Positions 11,326 through 23,766 of a DNA stretch of 41,489 nucleotides are shown here, one piece after another. Each line of letters starts with the position of its first letter. Position 1 is the stretch's first letter. Under the pieces are notes generated by a model. That model made no database searches. It saw only the letters and a program-made list of their open reading frames with translations, and was not told where the DNA came from. Source of the stretch: Atractiella rhizophila (taxonomy: Eukaryota); assembly GCA_021432655.1 (NCBI GenBank), contig MU271587.1:1-41489 (forward strand), in the 5' to 3' direction. A program made the translations under genes and the position numbers.

Positions 11326-12858
11326 ATGTGGCTCACACTGCTGCTAGCTGCCCTTCTCATCCTCTCCACCGCCATCTACCGCCGGTTCACCTCAGCCAAC
11401 TTCACTGACCAGATACCTTACGCCTACTCTCCATCCTCCCCTTCGCACTCCTTCCTCGCCCGCCTCAAAGCCGCACAAGAGTACAGCACCGACCCTGTTC
11501 CGTTCCTCCAGGCCCAAAGGGCACGTCTCGGAGACGTCTTCTGCGTCGATTTGATAGCCACGAGAATCGTCTTCTTCGCGGGAGAGAAATGGACAGAAAG
11601 GGTGTTAAGAGCAGATGAGGGCTCCTTGAGCTTCGACGAGATGATCAGGCTCATGGTCGGTGGTGAAATTGGGAAAGGTGATTATTCCATTATTACCTCA
11701 ACGCAAAGCATCCTAATCTATGAATGTGGAGCTCTGGATGTTCGTGCCTTCTGCGATCCGCTCCCAAAAATCATTCGTAACGGCCTCCTTTCCTCCACCC
11801 GAATCCAAGACACCCTCTCACACTCTTCACCCGACCTCCAGTCCAACCTTTCCGCATGGGCCAACGCATCTGCAATTCCACTTTTCTCCTCTCTCAACCG
11901 TGTAATCGGCCACATCTTCATCCGCTTCTTCCTAGGATCTTCCTTCGCCTCAGAGCACGGAGATGAGGCGCTCTCCTACGTGAGAGAGTTGGTGGATGCG
12001 CTCCAGTCTCCTGTCTTCGTCGCTTGCCCTCAGATCCTGCGACCATTCACCCCTCCTGGTCGTAGGCTCCAGAAAGCGCTAGACGGGATGCGCGCGCTTG
12101 TCAAGGAGCAGATTGCGGATTATTACGATGGTAAAGGGGAGGGAAAAGAGAAGGAGGAAAGAACGGATTATTTCTGGTACATCGTCCAGATGTACGACAG
12201 GGAAGTCGCCGATGAGAACTTTGGAGCTCACTTCATCACCATGATCTTCGGAGCGATGGCCAACTTACCTCTGACCGTGTTCTGGTTGATGATACATCTC
12301 TCTCAAAACTCCAACGACCTCGAGAAGCTTCGACTGGAGCTGTTGGCTGTGGAGCAGGAAGAGCAGGAAAAAACGCCTTTTCTGGACGCTTGTTTAAGAG
12401 AAATAGGAAGGATGTACGCGAACCTACAACTAGCTCGACTCTCGTCAGGCTCCAGCACTACGAACTTCTTCAACTACCATCTGCCTCCAAACACAATGGT
12501 CGCCTGTTCTCCACTCCTAACTCATTACGATCCCAACCTCTTCGACTCACCAAAAACCTTCAACCCCTCCCGTCACATCGCTTCCACCCAGAACGGAACT
12601 TCCAGCCTACAAAAATCGGCTATTATCCAATTCTCACTCGGACCTCACGCTTGTCCCGGAGAGAAATTGGCGAAGGCGGTCTTGAAGGAGGCGATGACGC
12701 AGTTGCTGAAATACGAATGGACCCTGGTAGAAGTTGAGGGCCGTGGAGCAATTGTAGGACGGGATGGAATCGACGTGAAAGCGGAGTGGGTAAGGAGGAA
12801 CCTGGGTACTCCTGAGCCTACTGAGGATGTTGTTGTGCAAGTGAGCCGGAAGGAGTAA
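11326..12858 (+). CDS. Cytochrome P450 (CYP51/CYP7-clan-like)
   Basis: N-terminal anchor MWLTLLLAALLIL, ExxR (EIGR), FNPSR and heme motif FSLGPHACPG. Probable in-frame 54-nt intron 11678-11731 with a CTAAT branch site. Confidence 0.93.
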   Translation: MWLTLLLAALLILSTAIYRRFTSANFTDQIPYAYSPSSPSHSFLARLKAAQEYSTDPVPFLQAQRARLGDVFCVDLIATRIVFFAGEKWTERVLRADEGSLSFDEMIRLMVGGEIGKGDYSIITSTQSILIYECGALDVRAFCDPLPKIIRNGLLSSTRIQDTLSHSSPDLQSNLSAWANASAIPLFSSLNRVIGHIFIRFFLGSSFASEHGDEALSYVRELVDALQSPVFVACPQILRPFTPPGRRLQKALDGMRALVKEQIADYYDGKGEGKEKEERTDYFWYIVQMYDREVADENFGAHFITMIFGAMANLPLTVFWLMIHLSQNSNDLEKLRLELLAVEQEEQEKTPFLDACLREIGRMYANLQLARLSSGSSTTNFFNYHLPPNTMVACSPLLTHYDPNLFDSPKTFNPSRHIASTQNGTSSLQKSAIIQFSLGPHACPGEKLAKAVLKEAMTQLLKYEWTLVEVEGRGAIVGRDGIDVKAEWVRRNLGTPEPTEDVVVQVSRKE

Positions 12859-13194
12859 TATTATTGTTTCGATGTTTGACATGATTGACCTACTTCTTCG
12901 AACTTCATCATATCCCAACCTTCATTAATTGGTTGTCTTATTGATTCCTAATTGTGCTTCGTAATTATTCATTTTCAGTGTCGTGACGGCATGGAGCTGA
13001 CGAGAAGTTGTTTCCTTGCCCCATCAAATTACCTTACCATCAACAGCTCACATAGTTTGAGACGGTACGCTTTGGTAGATCTGGCGACAACGTAGTGACA
13101 ACATTAACTGAGAGTATTAATCCAGTGTCTATAAACAAGGAATCCAGCGAACATCGAATCTATGCCCTCCCAAACCAAGCTCAACAACCCAACA

Positions 13195-15312
13195 TCACGC
13201 TCCATGGCCGTGCCCTCCCCACATCCAACTCAAGAAGAGAGGCAAGATCATCCCGACGAGAGTCGCGAGCCACTTTTTGTCCTTCAACCCCTCATCCTCC
13301 TCCACATCATGTCCCCCTTTCAGATGGCTCGTGCTGACGAAAAGAAACGTTCCTCCGCTGTACAACAGTGCGACGCCCGTCCACCATCCGAGATCTGATC
13401 CATTGAGTCCATCATCGTCCTCCAAGCTACCGAGCAATCCGACAATCATGTACGTGACGATGGCCCCTAGCGGCGCCGCGGCAGAGAAGAGGAAGAGGAC
13501 TTTGCGTACATCCTGGTGCGAAAGAGGGTTAGGAGGAGCGAGGAGGATGGATGCCAGACCGAGGGAGGCGGGGAGCTTGTGGATCATGATGGCGAAGAAG
13601 ACGGTTAGGGACAGTGAGGATGACACTCCGGATGAAGCGGCCGATGAGGCGCCTAGGGATACTCCGTCAGCGAGGGAGTGAACGAGCAGGCCGATTATTG
13701 TGGACAAATGGTTGGACGGCGAGCTCGTTATTGTCGCCCGCCTTTGAGAAAAGAGCGGTGTGCTGGAATCCCGTCTTGTTGCAGGACTGTTACCGCGATT
13801 CGAGTAACGCGCGACCAAAGGCGGTGGCTTGTGAGGGCGCTTGATTTGGGATGGTTTCGAGGCAGGAGACACCGTCAATAATTCATTGTCATGCTCCAAG
13901 ACCTTCCGTGGAGGCTCTGTGAATTCATCTTGATCGAAAAGGTCGCTGTGGTCGTCGGAGTCGCACATGTTCAGACAGGTTTCGTCCGCAAGTGTTCGCT
14001 CATCCTCTTCAAGTTCCGAATGTGTATTCAGGTAGCGATGTGAGTGGTGGGTAGGAAGGAATGGAGACGTGTATTTTGATGTAATGTAAGTTTGCAGCCG
14101 TTCAATGAGGAACCTGCAACGATCCTGTCAACTGCTATGTCTGTTTTGAAATCCAGGGTAACAAAAAACAGACGGAATACGCTGCTCTCACAAGAGGCAA
14201 GAGAGAAGAGTGTTTTCATAATAATCTCCAACAATATCATAGGAGGGTTCTGCTTATTATATGCTTCCATATGGACTCGAGAAGGAGGGAGTGCTTCATT
14301 ACTGTTACTTTCTATGACAACCCCCTGGACGAGTAAAATATAAAGAGTAGCACATCGTTCCTTGCTTCCTCAGTGTACTTAGAGCAGGTTCTAAGTAGCG
14401 AGCTTCCCTATACTCACGTGAAACCTCCACCGACGGTCACTTCATCTTGCCTTAGAGGCGAGGCCAGCACAGAGCGAAAGAACGTCAAGAAAAGAAAAGT
14501 TCTTCAAAATGCAGACTCTTTCTGTCACTCTCAAAAGGACAATGGCTGATGCTGATTGGCGCTTTACACGTTGTTTGGAAAATATGAAGAAAGGGATTTG
14601 AATTCACGTCTGGCGCGTTCTCAAAATATGCAGACACGAGACTGATCATCTTGCACACGTCCCTCTCCATGGACTGAGTTTATGATACATGTTGGCACTC
14701 GCCTACTCGACGGCCAACATGGATTGAAATTGAACTGGGACTGCGGAGCGCATGAGCTCTCGGCTTCAAGCGTAGTACATCGAAAGGAAAGAGTGATGCA
14801 CGATCCCCATGCGTGGCATTTCCATCATTAGCAGAGCTATCCTCTACCAGTGGGATACTCGCATACATTTAAGGTACTCATCGCAAACCAAAACACAACC
14901 GCCTCATGCCAGTTGATTTAAGGAAGTGAGGAAGAGAAAGACACTCACATGCTGAGGAAACCTCCGACGATGGCCACAGCCACTGTCCTCCCTACATCTC
15001 CCTTCCCTTCTTGGTCCACATTCTTATGATGTTCGTGTCCCAGCTCCTGGTCTCCTTCTCCTCCTAACAAGCTCTCTATGCCTTCGGGGATAACGACGCC
15101 AAGCGCTGCGCCTGTCAGCAATCCCTGCCATCACTACGTCAGAATACACTCTCCGATACAATAGATGGCAAATATGGAATACATACGGCGCCGAGTGAGG
15201 AAAGGAGGGACAGGAAAGGAGACTGGGGCGAGAGCGGGAGATGGAGGGGAGAGGTGCCGACGAGGAAAGTGGAGAAGAAGAGGGCGGTGAGGAGGAGCAG
15301 GAAGGACGACAT
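13195..15312 (-). CDS. ZIP-family metal transporter, ZIP9/Atx2 type
   Basis: GLLTGAALGVVIPEG in exon 2; GLLVHSLADGVSLG and IMIHKLPASLGL metal-site helices; LLYSGGTFLFV. Short intron ~15127-15186 and long intron 14114-14948. Confidence 0.88.
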
Positions 15313-15861
15313 TTTGATAATATGGGGATATGTGATCTATGAGAGTAGTCACATCGACACAGGAATATCGAAAGCTGCCAGAAGGACCAGTCCGCAAGTC
15401 GGCGATGATGAGTGTTGATGACATGCCAACGACAGGTCAACTCGTGTAAGACGCACGAGCAAGAATGGTGTGGTTGAACCAAACGGCGCAGTGGGAGTGC
15501 TGCTCTGCGGCTTGCCCACCAAACCAAAAATGTGACTTTGTCTGATTCTGCGTATACTTTTGGGTGGTGAAAGTGGTCAAGATTACGTAAAGTCATTTCC
15601 TCTCCTTCTCCTGCTTACTTACTGACAACCCGAACGGCAGGAGCGGTCATGCTCCTCTCTTTAATCACTTCTATGCCCTATCTAACGCCGTGAAGCCTGT
15701 GCGCTTCAGCGGACTTCAAATGCACTGGCTGACGTCTAGCTGTCCCCACTTGAAAGACGTCAAGCGGGAATAAAAACAGCCATCTCTTGCTCAGTCCTTG
15801 CCCTCGCTTACTCAAGCACCAAAGACGTGTTACATTATACTTGAAGGTAGTCTGCGAAAAG

Positions 15862-17337
15862 ATGAGTGAACAAATTGGATTCATCGGTAGGTCCTCTTAG
15901 TCTTTCATGTGAGTGACAGAGGAAGCATTTTGTGAGTGGAGACAATCGAAAGGTTGAGGACGGAGCAACAGCTCCAATATCTTATCATTAGATGATTCAC
16001 GTAGCACATGCGATCAGATCTCCCCACTCATGATTCTTCTCTCACATATAACTGCTTGTCTGCGAAACAGGATTAGGAAACATCGGTTTCTACATCGCCG
16101 CCAATCTCTCCCGCTCCCTCTCCACAACTGGCCACCCACCTCTCAAAGTGTACACGCGCAGCGAACCCAAACGGACCTCTTTTGTGTCTGAACATTCTCA
16201 CTCCGTCGCTGTCTCCAGTGTAGAAGAGATCGGTAACACCTGCGACATCGTCATCACCTCCCTCGCCAACGACGCCGCTGCCAAAGAGGTGTATGAAGCC
16301 TTACTTACGGGCAGCAAGGAGCGGAGGGAGAAGGGTGATCGGGGAAAGATCATATTCGTCGACACATCCACTCTGTTCCCCACTTTGGTCGGGGAACTCG
16401 AAAAGAAAGCTTCAGAAGTCGAACATCGTTATTTCCTCTCCTGTCCAGTCTTTGGCCCTCCACCACTCGCCAAGGACGCAAAGCTCATCCTCGTCCTCTC
16501 CGGTGATGCAAGCGCAAGGAGGAAGATTAAAGATTTGTTGGTTCCAGCTTGTGCCAGGAAGGTGATCGACGTGGGAGAGGACGTCGAGAAAGGTACTCTT
16601 CTCCTCCCCCCTTTCCTTCCCATGTACTGGTTTGACGATGAAGCGCTAGGCGCGAGTCTAAAGTTAGTCGGGAACTCCTTGATCCTTGGAGTGGTGGAGA
16701 TGCTCGCTGAATGTCTGCTCCCCTCTTCTCCTTAAATAGTGTAATGGACCTGACGATGATGCAGCCTTCACCCTCGCGGATCGCACCGGAGTCGGAGCGG
16801 AGAACATTTATGAGTTCATCCAGGTCTGCTTTTATCAACATTTTTCTTCTTAGCGTATGTTCTGACTTGTTGCGTTGGCGCACTGTAGGAGTTCCTTCCA
16901 ACACCATCGTTCCTAGGGTACGGTGCGAAGATGCTCAAAGACGACTATCCTGCAGGTGCTGGTTTCTCCGTAGCTGGAGGAATGAAAGATGCAGAACACA
17001 TCCTTGCTCTTGCAGCGAAGCACAACAATCCCATGCCAGTCGTCAATGCCGTTCGTCTTCAAATTCAGAATTCAAACACGCCAGATGCTGATGCTAGATG
17101 GCAGGCATATCACCACCTCCAGACCGCCAGGCAGCTCACTGGATCCAAAGCAAACGAATTCGATTGGTCCTTCCTGGTCGCTGGGCAGAGGGCTACAGCA
17201 GGCGTGGACCCATTCAAGTGCGTCTATCTCCTGTGCACTTCAGACCGATATGTGTCTCATGTTCACGCAGGAGAGAAGTCTTCAAGGGAGCGGAAAGGGT
17301 TACTACGGAGTCGGCTGGAGAGTCTTCCAAGCAGTAA
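15862..17337 (+). CDS. NAD(P)-dependent beta-hydroxyacid dehydrogenase (3-hydroxyisobutyrate/6PGD NAD-binding family)
   Basis: Rossmann motif QIGFIG|LGNIG across intron 15887-16070; IFVDTST, SCPVFG and catalytic LKLVGN; GFSVAGGMKDA. Multi-exon, ending ...ESSKQ*. Confidence 0.9.
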
Positions 17338-17902
17338 GAAGTGCTGTCGGGTATCTGTGGTATGTGGACGCCTCCGAACGGGAGGGTACAAAGAGTACCA
17401 TTCAAGTGTGTATCACGGGTATGGTCGAATAAATGCAAACTTTGATTGGTTTTTGCATTCCGTGAGGGGTTCGCCCAATAGATGGGCATTCATGGATGTT
17501 TTCCGACTAAAGATGTGCAACAAAAGGATGTGTAGAAACAGTCTACCCAGGACTAACCAAGGAGACAAACACGCAGGACAACATCATCCTTAATGTGGAA
17601 TTACACCTGTGCGAACACCATTGTTCAATGATCTTTCAGGCGAAATCGACTCGGACTGGTCAGACCGCCGGTAGGGTCCATGAAATGCCTGATAAAATGT
17701 TTTTAGTACTCAGAGGTTTCACACTCGCATCCTCCCACACTGTTCCCCCGGTTGTTCATGGCGTGTTTGTGGCGACTATAGCTACTGTATCGGTGCGTAT
17801 CCAAGAACGCATTGCGTGGATCAAGGACTTGTTGCAGACTTATGGACAAGTCCGAAGTCCCAGCCAAGCTGATCCTCCCTCCCTAACCGAAGCGAAGGGG
17901 GA

Positions 17903-17910
17903 GATATAAA
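17903..17910 (+). promoter_or_regulatory. Putative TATA box of the secreted-protein gene
   Basis: GATATAAA about 80 nt upstream of ATG 17990. Confidence 0.4.
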
Positions 17911-17989
17911 GAGGGATGGGGCTTAGTAACTTGTTCTCTACATCTAACCGCTACTCCCGGACTCTCGAACCACTTATAGGTTGACTACG

Positions 17990-18670
17990 ATGAAGACTAC
18001 ACTCATTTCTGCCATCGCGCTCCTCGCCACTCTGTCTTCCGCCTCCTCGCTCAGAAGCGCAGAAAAGCAGAGATCAGCGAAGCGTGGTAGGATTTCTGCT
18101 CCCTCACCCAGACGAGTGGCTGATGCAGACCTTGTCAAGCTATTGCATCTGGAACAGTTGGCTGTCTCCAGGCTGTTTTTGAAGACGGAACTACTAAATG
18201 GATCAAAGATGAAGAGAACAACTTCCCTGCTCTCGAAGGGAGTGAGAAAGATGCGTCAGGTGTCTTCCTTCAAGTCAAACCTACCGCTCAAGGGGGCAAC
18301 ATCAACAGGTAAGGACTTTCTCTACGAAAATGGTATATTGATACGTTTGAGATAAAGTGTAACCGTCGAAGTAACCTCTTCTCTCTCGAAAGGCCTTTTC
18401 CTCACCTTTTCCGGTGATTACGACGGTGTTTACGCCGGTGAGTTTTGTCACTTTTCAAGAAAGAAACCTTGCTGACCCATTACACTGGTAGACACCTACG
18501 AGACCAAATGGTCCTTCGACGCTGAAAGCGGGCACTTGAGCGCAGGTTCTAGCTTTGCCTTTTACGGATGCGAGACTGGTACGCTCGTGAGCATCGATAG
18601 AGTCAACTTCCCAGATGATCAGCCTGGAGAGGGATGCAAGCCCATCACTTTTACTTTTGTCCCCAAGTAA
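17990..18670 (+). CDS. Small secreted protein, 5 exons
   Basis: Signal peptide MKTTLISAIALLATLSSA and propeptide ending KR. Four ~50-nt introns give a continuous frame ending ...KWSFDAESGHL...FYGCETDDQPGEGCKPITFTFVPK*. Confidence 0.75.
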
Positions 18671-18861
18671 AGCAACCTGGCATGGCTTTGGTAATACAAT
18701 GAACCTTTCTGGACATTCTCTGAATGGAAACTCGGCCACAAATCGACTCGTCACGGCAGGTCACGGGACAACATGTTGAAGATTGTGCACTTAAACATCA
18801 CTCTCTTCTACAGTCTACAGCCACAACGGAGATCGTTCACTGGTTTAAAGAGTGGGAAATC

Positions 18862-20182
18862 ATGGTGTCTCTACCTCCTGAAATCATCTCGGATTTTCTC
18901 GACGAACTTGTTCAATTGCAGAGAAGTCAATTGATGGAACAAAGGGTTACACAGAGTACCACGAAGTGATGAAAATGAATGCTCAAATAATTTCCCTGTC
19001 GCTCATGTGAGTCGCCGCATCAAAATGCTCTCAAACGTTTTCGTTTTTGACTGTTGGCACAGTTCTCGCGCCTGGACGGCTGAAGTGAGGAAGCGATGCT
19101 TTAGGACCATCCATTTGCATTGTGGTGCTTCCCTCCCTTCTACTGATAAACAATACGCCCATGAGTGGCTGGACTCGATGAATTTCACTTCCCTTCGACG
19201 ATTTCCTCGGTGGTTGCTTTTATTGCTGCGCTCCCAGCCCATCCGTGGATCCCGTTTCTGGTCATTCACATCTCCATTCACCTAACAGCGGACGGTTCAG
19301 ATGACTATTGGAGCCTCGTCAAACCATCCTTAGAGCAGCTAAGAAACCTGCGAAGGATCGAGTTATACAGTTGGGATTCTAACCACATGCCGATCCCGTT
19401 TGCCTTGTTGGATTGTTTTGTCGACGTCGGTCTGCAGGTCATCCAGCTCACGAACTTGACACCATCCAACAATCTTGGCCTTTTAATCGCGTTTTTGTCT
19501 AATTGCAAACAGATTAAAACTCTCTTGTTGAATGATATTGCTTTCGAAGAACAAGTCAGCATTAACGAAACTGATTTAAGTCAACTTCAACACTTTCAAT
19601 TAGCTTGGTCCAGGTTCCACTTTACTTCTAATCATGGGAGACCTGCTCTGTCCAACGTTATCGCGAAAACAAACGAGCTGCGCATCCTCAAAATATGGAG
19701 ATTGTGGCTTTATGACGGGAACATAGATCATCTTTTCACGTTTAACGATGATTTCGTGCTTCCCTCCCTCACAGACCTCTCGCTATACATATGCTCTTCC
19801 GATATACCAACTGGCCGTCTGCCAGTGAACGATCTGATTGCGCGTTGTTCCAAGCTTACGTTCACTCGACGTAAAGGAGGGCACTTTTCACGGCGGATGG
19901 GACATGGAAATTATGCCACTTTTATCGCCCAAGTTAAAATCTTTAACGATGAAATTTCGACCTTCATCAGTATTTAAACCGTCGCCAGAATTGACTCTGC
20001 ATAACATATTTTCTGAACACTTGGACGACTGGTTACCAGAGCTCAATACTCTGAGAGTGACGGTTGTAGAGTCTACTCTGTTCCAACAACATTGGTTGAA
20101 TGCTTGCGCTGGGATCGAAATGAAAATTCAACACAGGAGGGATTGGGTTGGTCTGTCATTCACGCCTCATTTCAGCTGGTAA
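18862..20182 (+). pseudogene. F-box / LRR-like gene with two apparent frameshifts
   Basis: MVSLPPEII...SLSLISRAWTAEVRKRCFRTIHL F-box (intron 19007-19062), then LxxLxL repeats. Frame breaks near 18940 and 19857 have no intron explanation. Confidence 0.65.
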
Positions 20183-20396
20183 TTGTGTAAGTTGTGTGTA
20201 CTCCTTCATAGGTCAGGGTAAAGGTAGCAGTTGGGCTAGATTTGGCATGGAATACATCGATGGCCTTCAACAGCGATACATGCGCTGGCAACTGGACTCA
20301 ACGGAAAGGGCATGCTACAGGAGTAAGAATTATGCAATGCGCTAACATTATTTTGCAAGAGAGTAGCCGCAACTGGGTCTGCACAACAAATGTCGT

Positions 20397-21450
20397 CTAG
20401 TCGTCCTTTTTCCCAGCTTTCGCCTTCTTCTCCGCCTCCTTGATAGCAGCTTTATCCGTTTGAGGATCAGAAGCCGATCCTACAGCCCCGTCAGGAAGGA
20501 GGAAGGTAAGGTAAATGAGCCAACGAACCCATGAGTCCTCCCGATTTAAACGGCCTCTTCAGGTCACCAGTCGCTTCCTTTCCGAGCAGGTGAATTTGGA
20601 TAATCTGCATATTTGTTATAACTGGAAGATACAAAAGGTTAAGGGGGTACCTTAGCGTCGTAAAGACCCTTCAGAGGCATAATGGATTGGAGAAAGAGCG
20701 GTTGGGTGTACTTCATGTACAAATGCAAAAATCCCATCATGGCACATCCGAGGAGGACTTGCCTGAACCATCATTAGTATGCGGTAAGGTGGACATCAGT
20801 CAAGCTCACCGGACTCCTTCCGTCACTTTGGACAGGTCGTAATCCTTGTGCGTCGTTGTCACGAGGTTACCACCTTCAGGCTTGGAGAGGGATGGAGGCT
20901 CCACATATTTCAGGATGGTCAGATCGTTCCTTTGGCGAATCTACAAAAGAAACGGTGAGTGACGAAGGAAAGCATTGGGAAATCTGAAAGGCGGGCGGCT
21001 GAACAACTAGCGACTCCTTCGAATACACAGAGGAGATACAACTGCGGAAGCAATAACAGGACGAGAAAGTATTATGTAAAGCACAATGACGACCTCACTT
21101 TACCCCAACATGGCGGAAGTGCAGTCTGACAGGGTATAAGCACAAGACACATTCAATACAACATCCATGAGGCTTAAAGTAGACTTTGGTCTTTCAGACT
21201 CTCTTGACTCGTAAGCCTTCCCGAAGCTTTCGCGGCAGCCACCAAACGCCACATCACCCATTTATATTCAGAATGACAAAAGCCTCACCTTAAAAGCTGT
21301 ATAGTAATAAACAGCAAAGCAAAGGAGCTGGCAAGTGACATATCCTATCCGTACATAATCCATGGTTTGTGGATCGTCGAAAGGAATCTTCCTTGCCACC
21401 TGCATCAAGCCGAGAGTCATAACAAGCTGAGTAACCGCTGGGCTCGCCAT
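20397..21450 (-). CDS. PHO88: Pho88/Snd3 ER membrane protein (SRP-independent targeting)
   Basis: MQVARKIPFDDP, NDLTILKYVEP, TTTHKDYD, FLHLYMKYTQPLFLQSIMPLK and ATGDLKRPF motifs; 4 introns; ends KKDD*. Confidence 0.93.
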
Positions 21451-21669
21451 TTTGGTCCTTTTGGGTCGGAATGGAGGAGTGGAACTTGGATGAAGTCTCA
21501 ATTAGGGAAGCGCTGAGACGAGTTGGTCGAAAAAAGACGTGGCAGTTTCGATTTCGTGACCTCGGCTCCGACAGACAACAACACATCTCAGCTTCAGCTT
21601 CTTGTTCAGAATATTCAGACCTTCAGGCTTATTCCCCCAACCAGCAATTCTAGGTAGCACTCAACCAAG

Positions 21670-22402
21670 ATGGTAGAGCACTTGACCAGCCTCAGCCAAC
21701 TTGACGGAGCGATGTCGAAGAAAGGGCTGACTGTAATCGACTTTCACGCAACGTAAGCTACCCTTCGGTTCATTGCTGTTCAAATTGTGACCTCAACGCT
21801 AACTATCGGACGTCATAGATGGTGTCGTCCATGTCATAGTAAGTAGCCCATCCACCTGAAGGCATCTTTGACACATGAAAACGCAGTGATAGCACCATTT
21901 TACGAGAAGCTAGCCTCTCAGGTCCTGACCTCTTTTAACTGCTCGACCAGAGCTAATTAGGCCGCTACATAGCACTCTGCGAACGCCACTTTCTTCAAAT
22001 GTGATGTCGACGCATGTCGCGATGTCGCGAGCCGCTACCAAGTATCGGCAATGCCAACTTTCATCTTCCTCGACAAAACGGGTTCGCACTCCATTCAACC
22101 TTCATTTGCTTTGGTAAATTCTCGCTGATTTCCATTGTGATCTAGGCAAAGTACTCTCAACGGTTCGCGGAGCCGATCAACGAGTCCTAGAGTCTACATT
22201 GTCGCGTCACCTTGGTTCAACACCCAAGGGTGGCAGCGGGAACTTCCCGACTTCTGGTGGACACAGATTGGGAGGCGATGAACCAAGCTCGTCTGCGCAT
22301 CCCGTGGACGGATTGCAGATGCATTTCAGGAGGATCCTAATGGCTGTTGCATTTGTTGGGCTCCTGTATTACTATCGAGGATCGGCAGGAGGGCAAGCAT
22401 AA
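21670..22402 (+). CDS. Thioredoxin (WCRPC) with a C-terminal transmembrane tail
   Basis: VIDFHAT|WCRPCH|MIAPFYEKLA, FFKCDVD, VSAMPTFIF and VRGAD; tail RRILMAVAFVGLLYYYR; 4 introns. Confidence 0.88.
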
Positions 22403-23766
22403 TGCAAGATTTGCCTCAGTTCATCGAATTGTAGATTGCTTTAAGGTTCGTGTATGACTACACACGTTCAGATCGGGTTTCTGTCATTAACCGCTGCTTC
22501 ATCTGCATACACGGCAGCCTGTGACATTTCTTCACCTTTTCAGTTCAGTACTTTGTGATAACCAGGCGGCTTTGTCGCATTGGTAGCTTCTAAATATTAT
22601 TGAACCACATTGCAAGATGCAGAAAGGCATTATTGCTTCGTTCAGGTGCCGTCAATGCGGCCACAATCCACAGGCTCGAGTATGAATCAACTCTGGTCCG
22701 AGCTGTCACATTACAGCTTAAGAACCAGGGGCGTCTGCACATAGACAGGCTCATGTGTCTAGCGGTCATCAGTTTATCAGATCTCGTTGCTCAATTTAAT
22801 TGTACAGCCCCTCCCTTCACTCTGCGATTCCATCCCAAGACTTGACTGACTGGAAGAGCTACGAACACAATGAACATTGCGGTTGCTGGGAGTGTTTTAA
22901 GTCTGTGACGAAGCTGATTTGAAGGGTGACAACGAAGAAGTAAAGACACCTACCTAACGGAGCCAAAGAACCAGAAACAAATAAGCTGGAATGGAATATT
23001 TTGCTTCGTAGTGGTGAAGCCGGTTCAAGAAGATCATTCTCATATTTGTATTTGGCGACAAGTCTTAACGATTTGTGTAATTTTTCCAAGTTACCATGGT
23101 TCCATAAACATGATCAGAACTAGGATCACGTAGTCCGCTCAGCTTTCATTGTCGGCAGCACTGTGCTCAATCAAGAAGTTAGGATCACAGAGCCATCCGA
23201 TAGCGAGAATAAACTATTGCGGATGGGCCGAACTTGCGTATGACTGTCCAAGAAACAGCACTGTGATACAATGGGAAAGAAGTGAGAGGACGTCTATAAC
23301 TTCGCATCGCACATGATTGATATGAGGATATGAGGAGACTGGAGAGATTCAAAAGCAAGAGTAGCTGCCATAGTTCGAGTTGGATTTGAGTCGCTCTTCA
23401 GAGTTTCAGCCGCTTTATTATCATCCGCTTCTGAGCGTTGCAAAACTGCTGATAGGCAGAACCCCACAGCTCGTCATTTGATCCATAAACGTTCGGCGAG
23501 TGTCATCATGTCGTTTTTGCACAGAGAATGCTCGCTCGTTAACCTTGTAGCCGCAGGAAACATGAGCAGCAGTCAAAACCTTTCATCAATTTCATTCTTT
23601 TCTTTGACGTAACGTCGCTGTACAAATTGCAAGGCTGGCACTACATGAGATGGTTCCATTCTCAAATGTCTTCCAAAATTGAGATGGTGATACTGGACTA
23701 CCTCCACATTGTCTGGCCATCAAGGACACCAACTGATATATCAATGTATTATTGACATGGAGAATA

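Noticed and set aside
22500..23700. Possible decayed membrane-protein gene on the minus strand
   Set aside because: Only short hydrophobic fragments; no consistent exon chain or recognisable motif.
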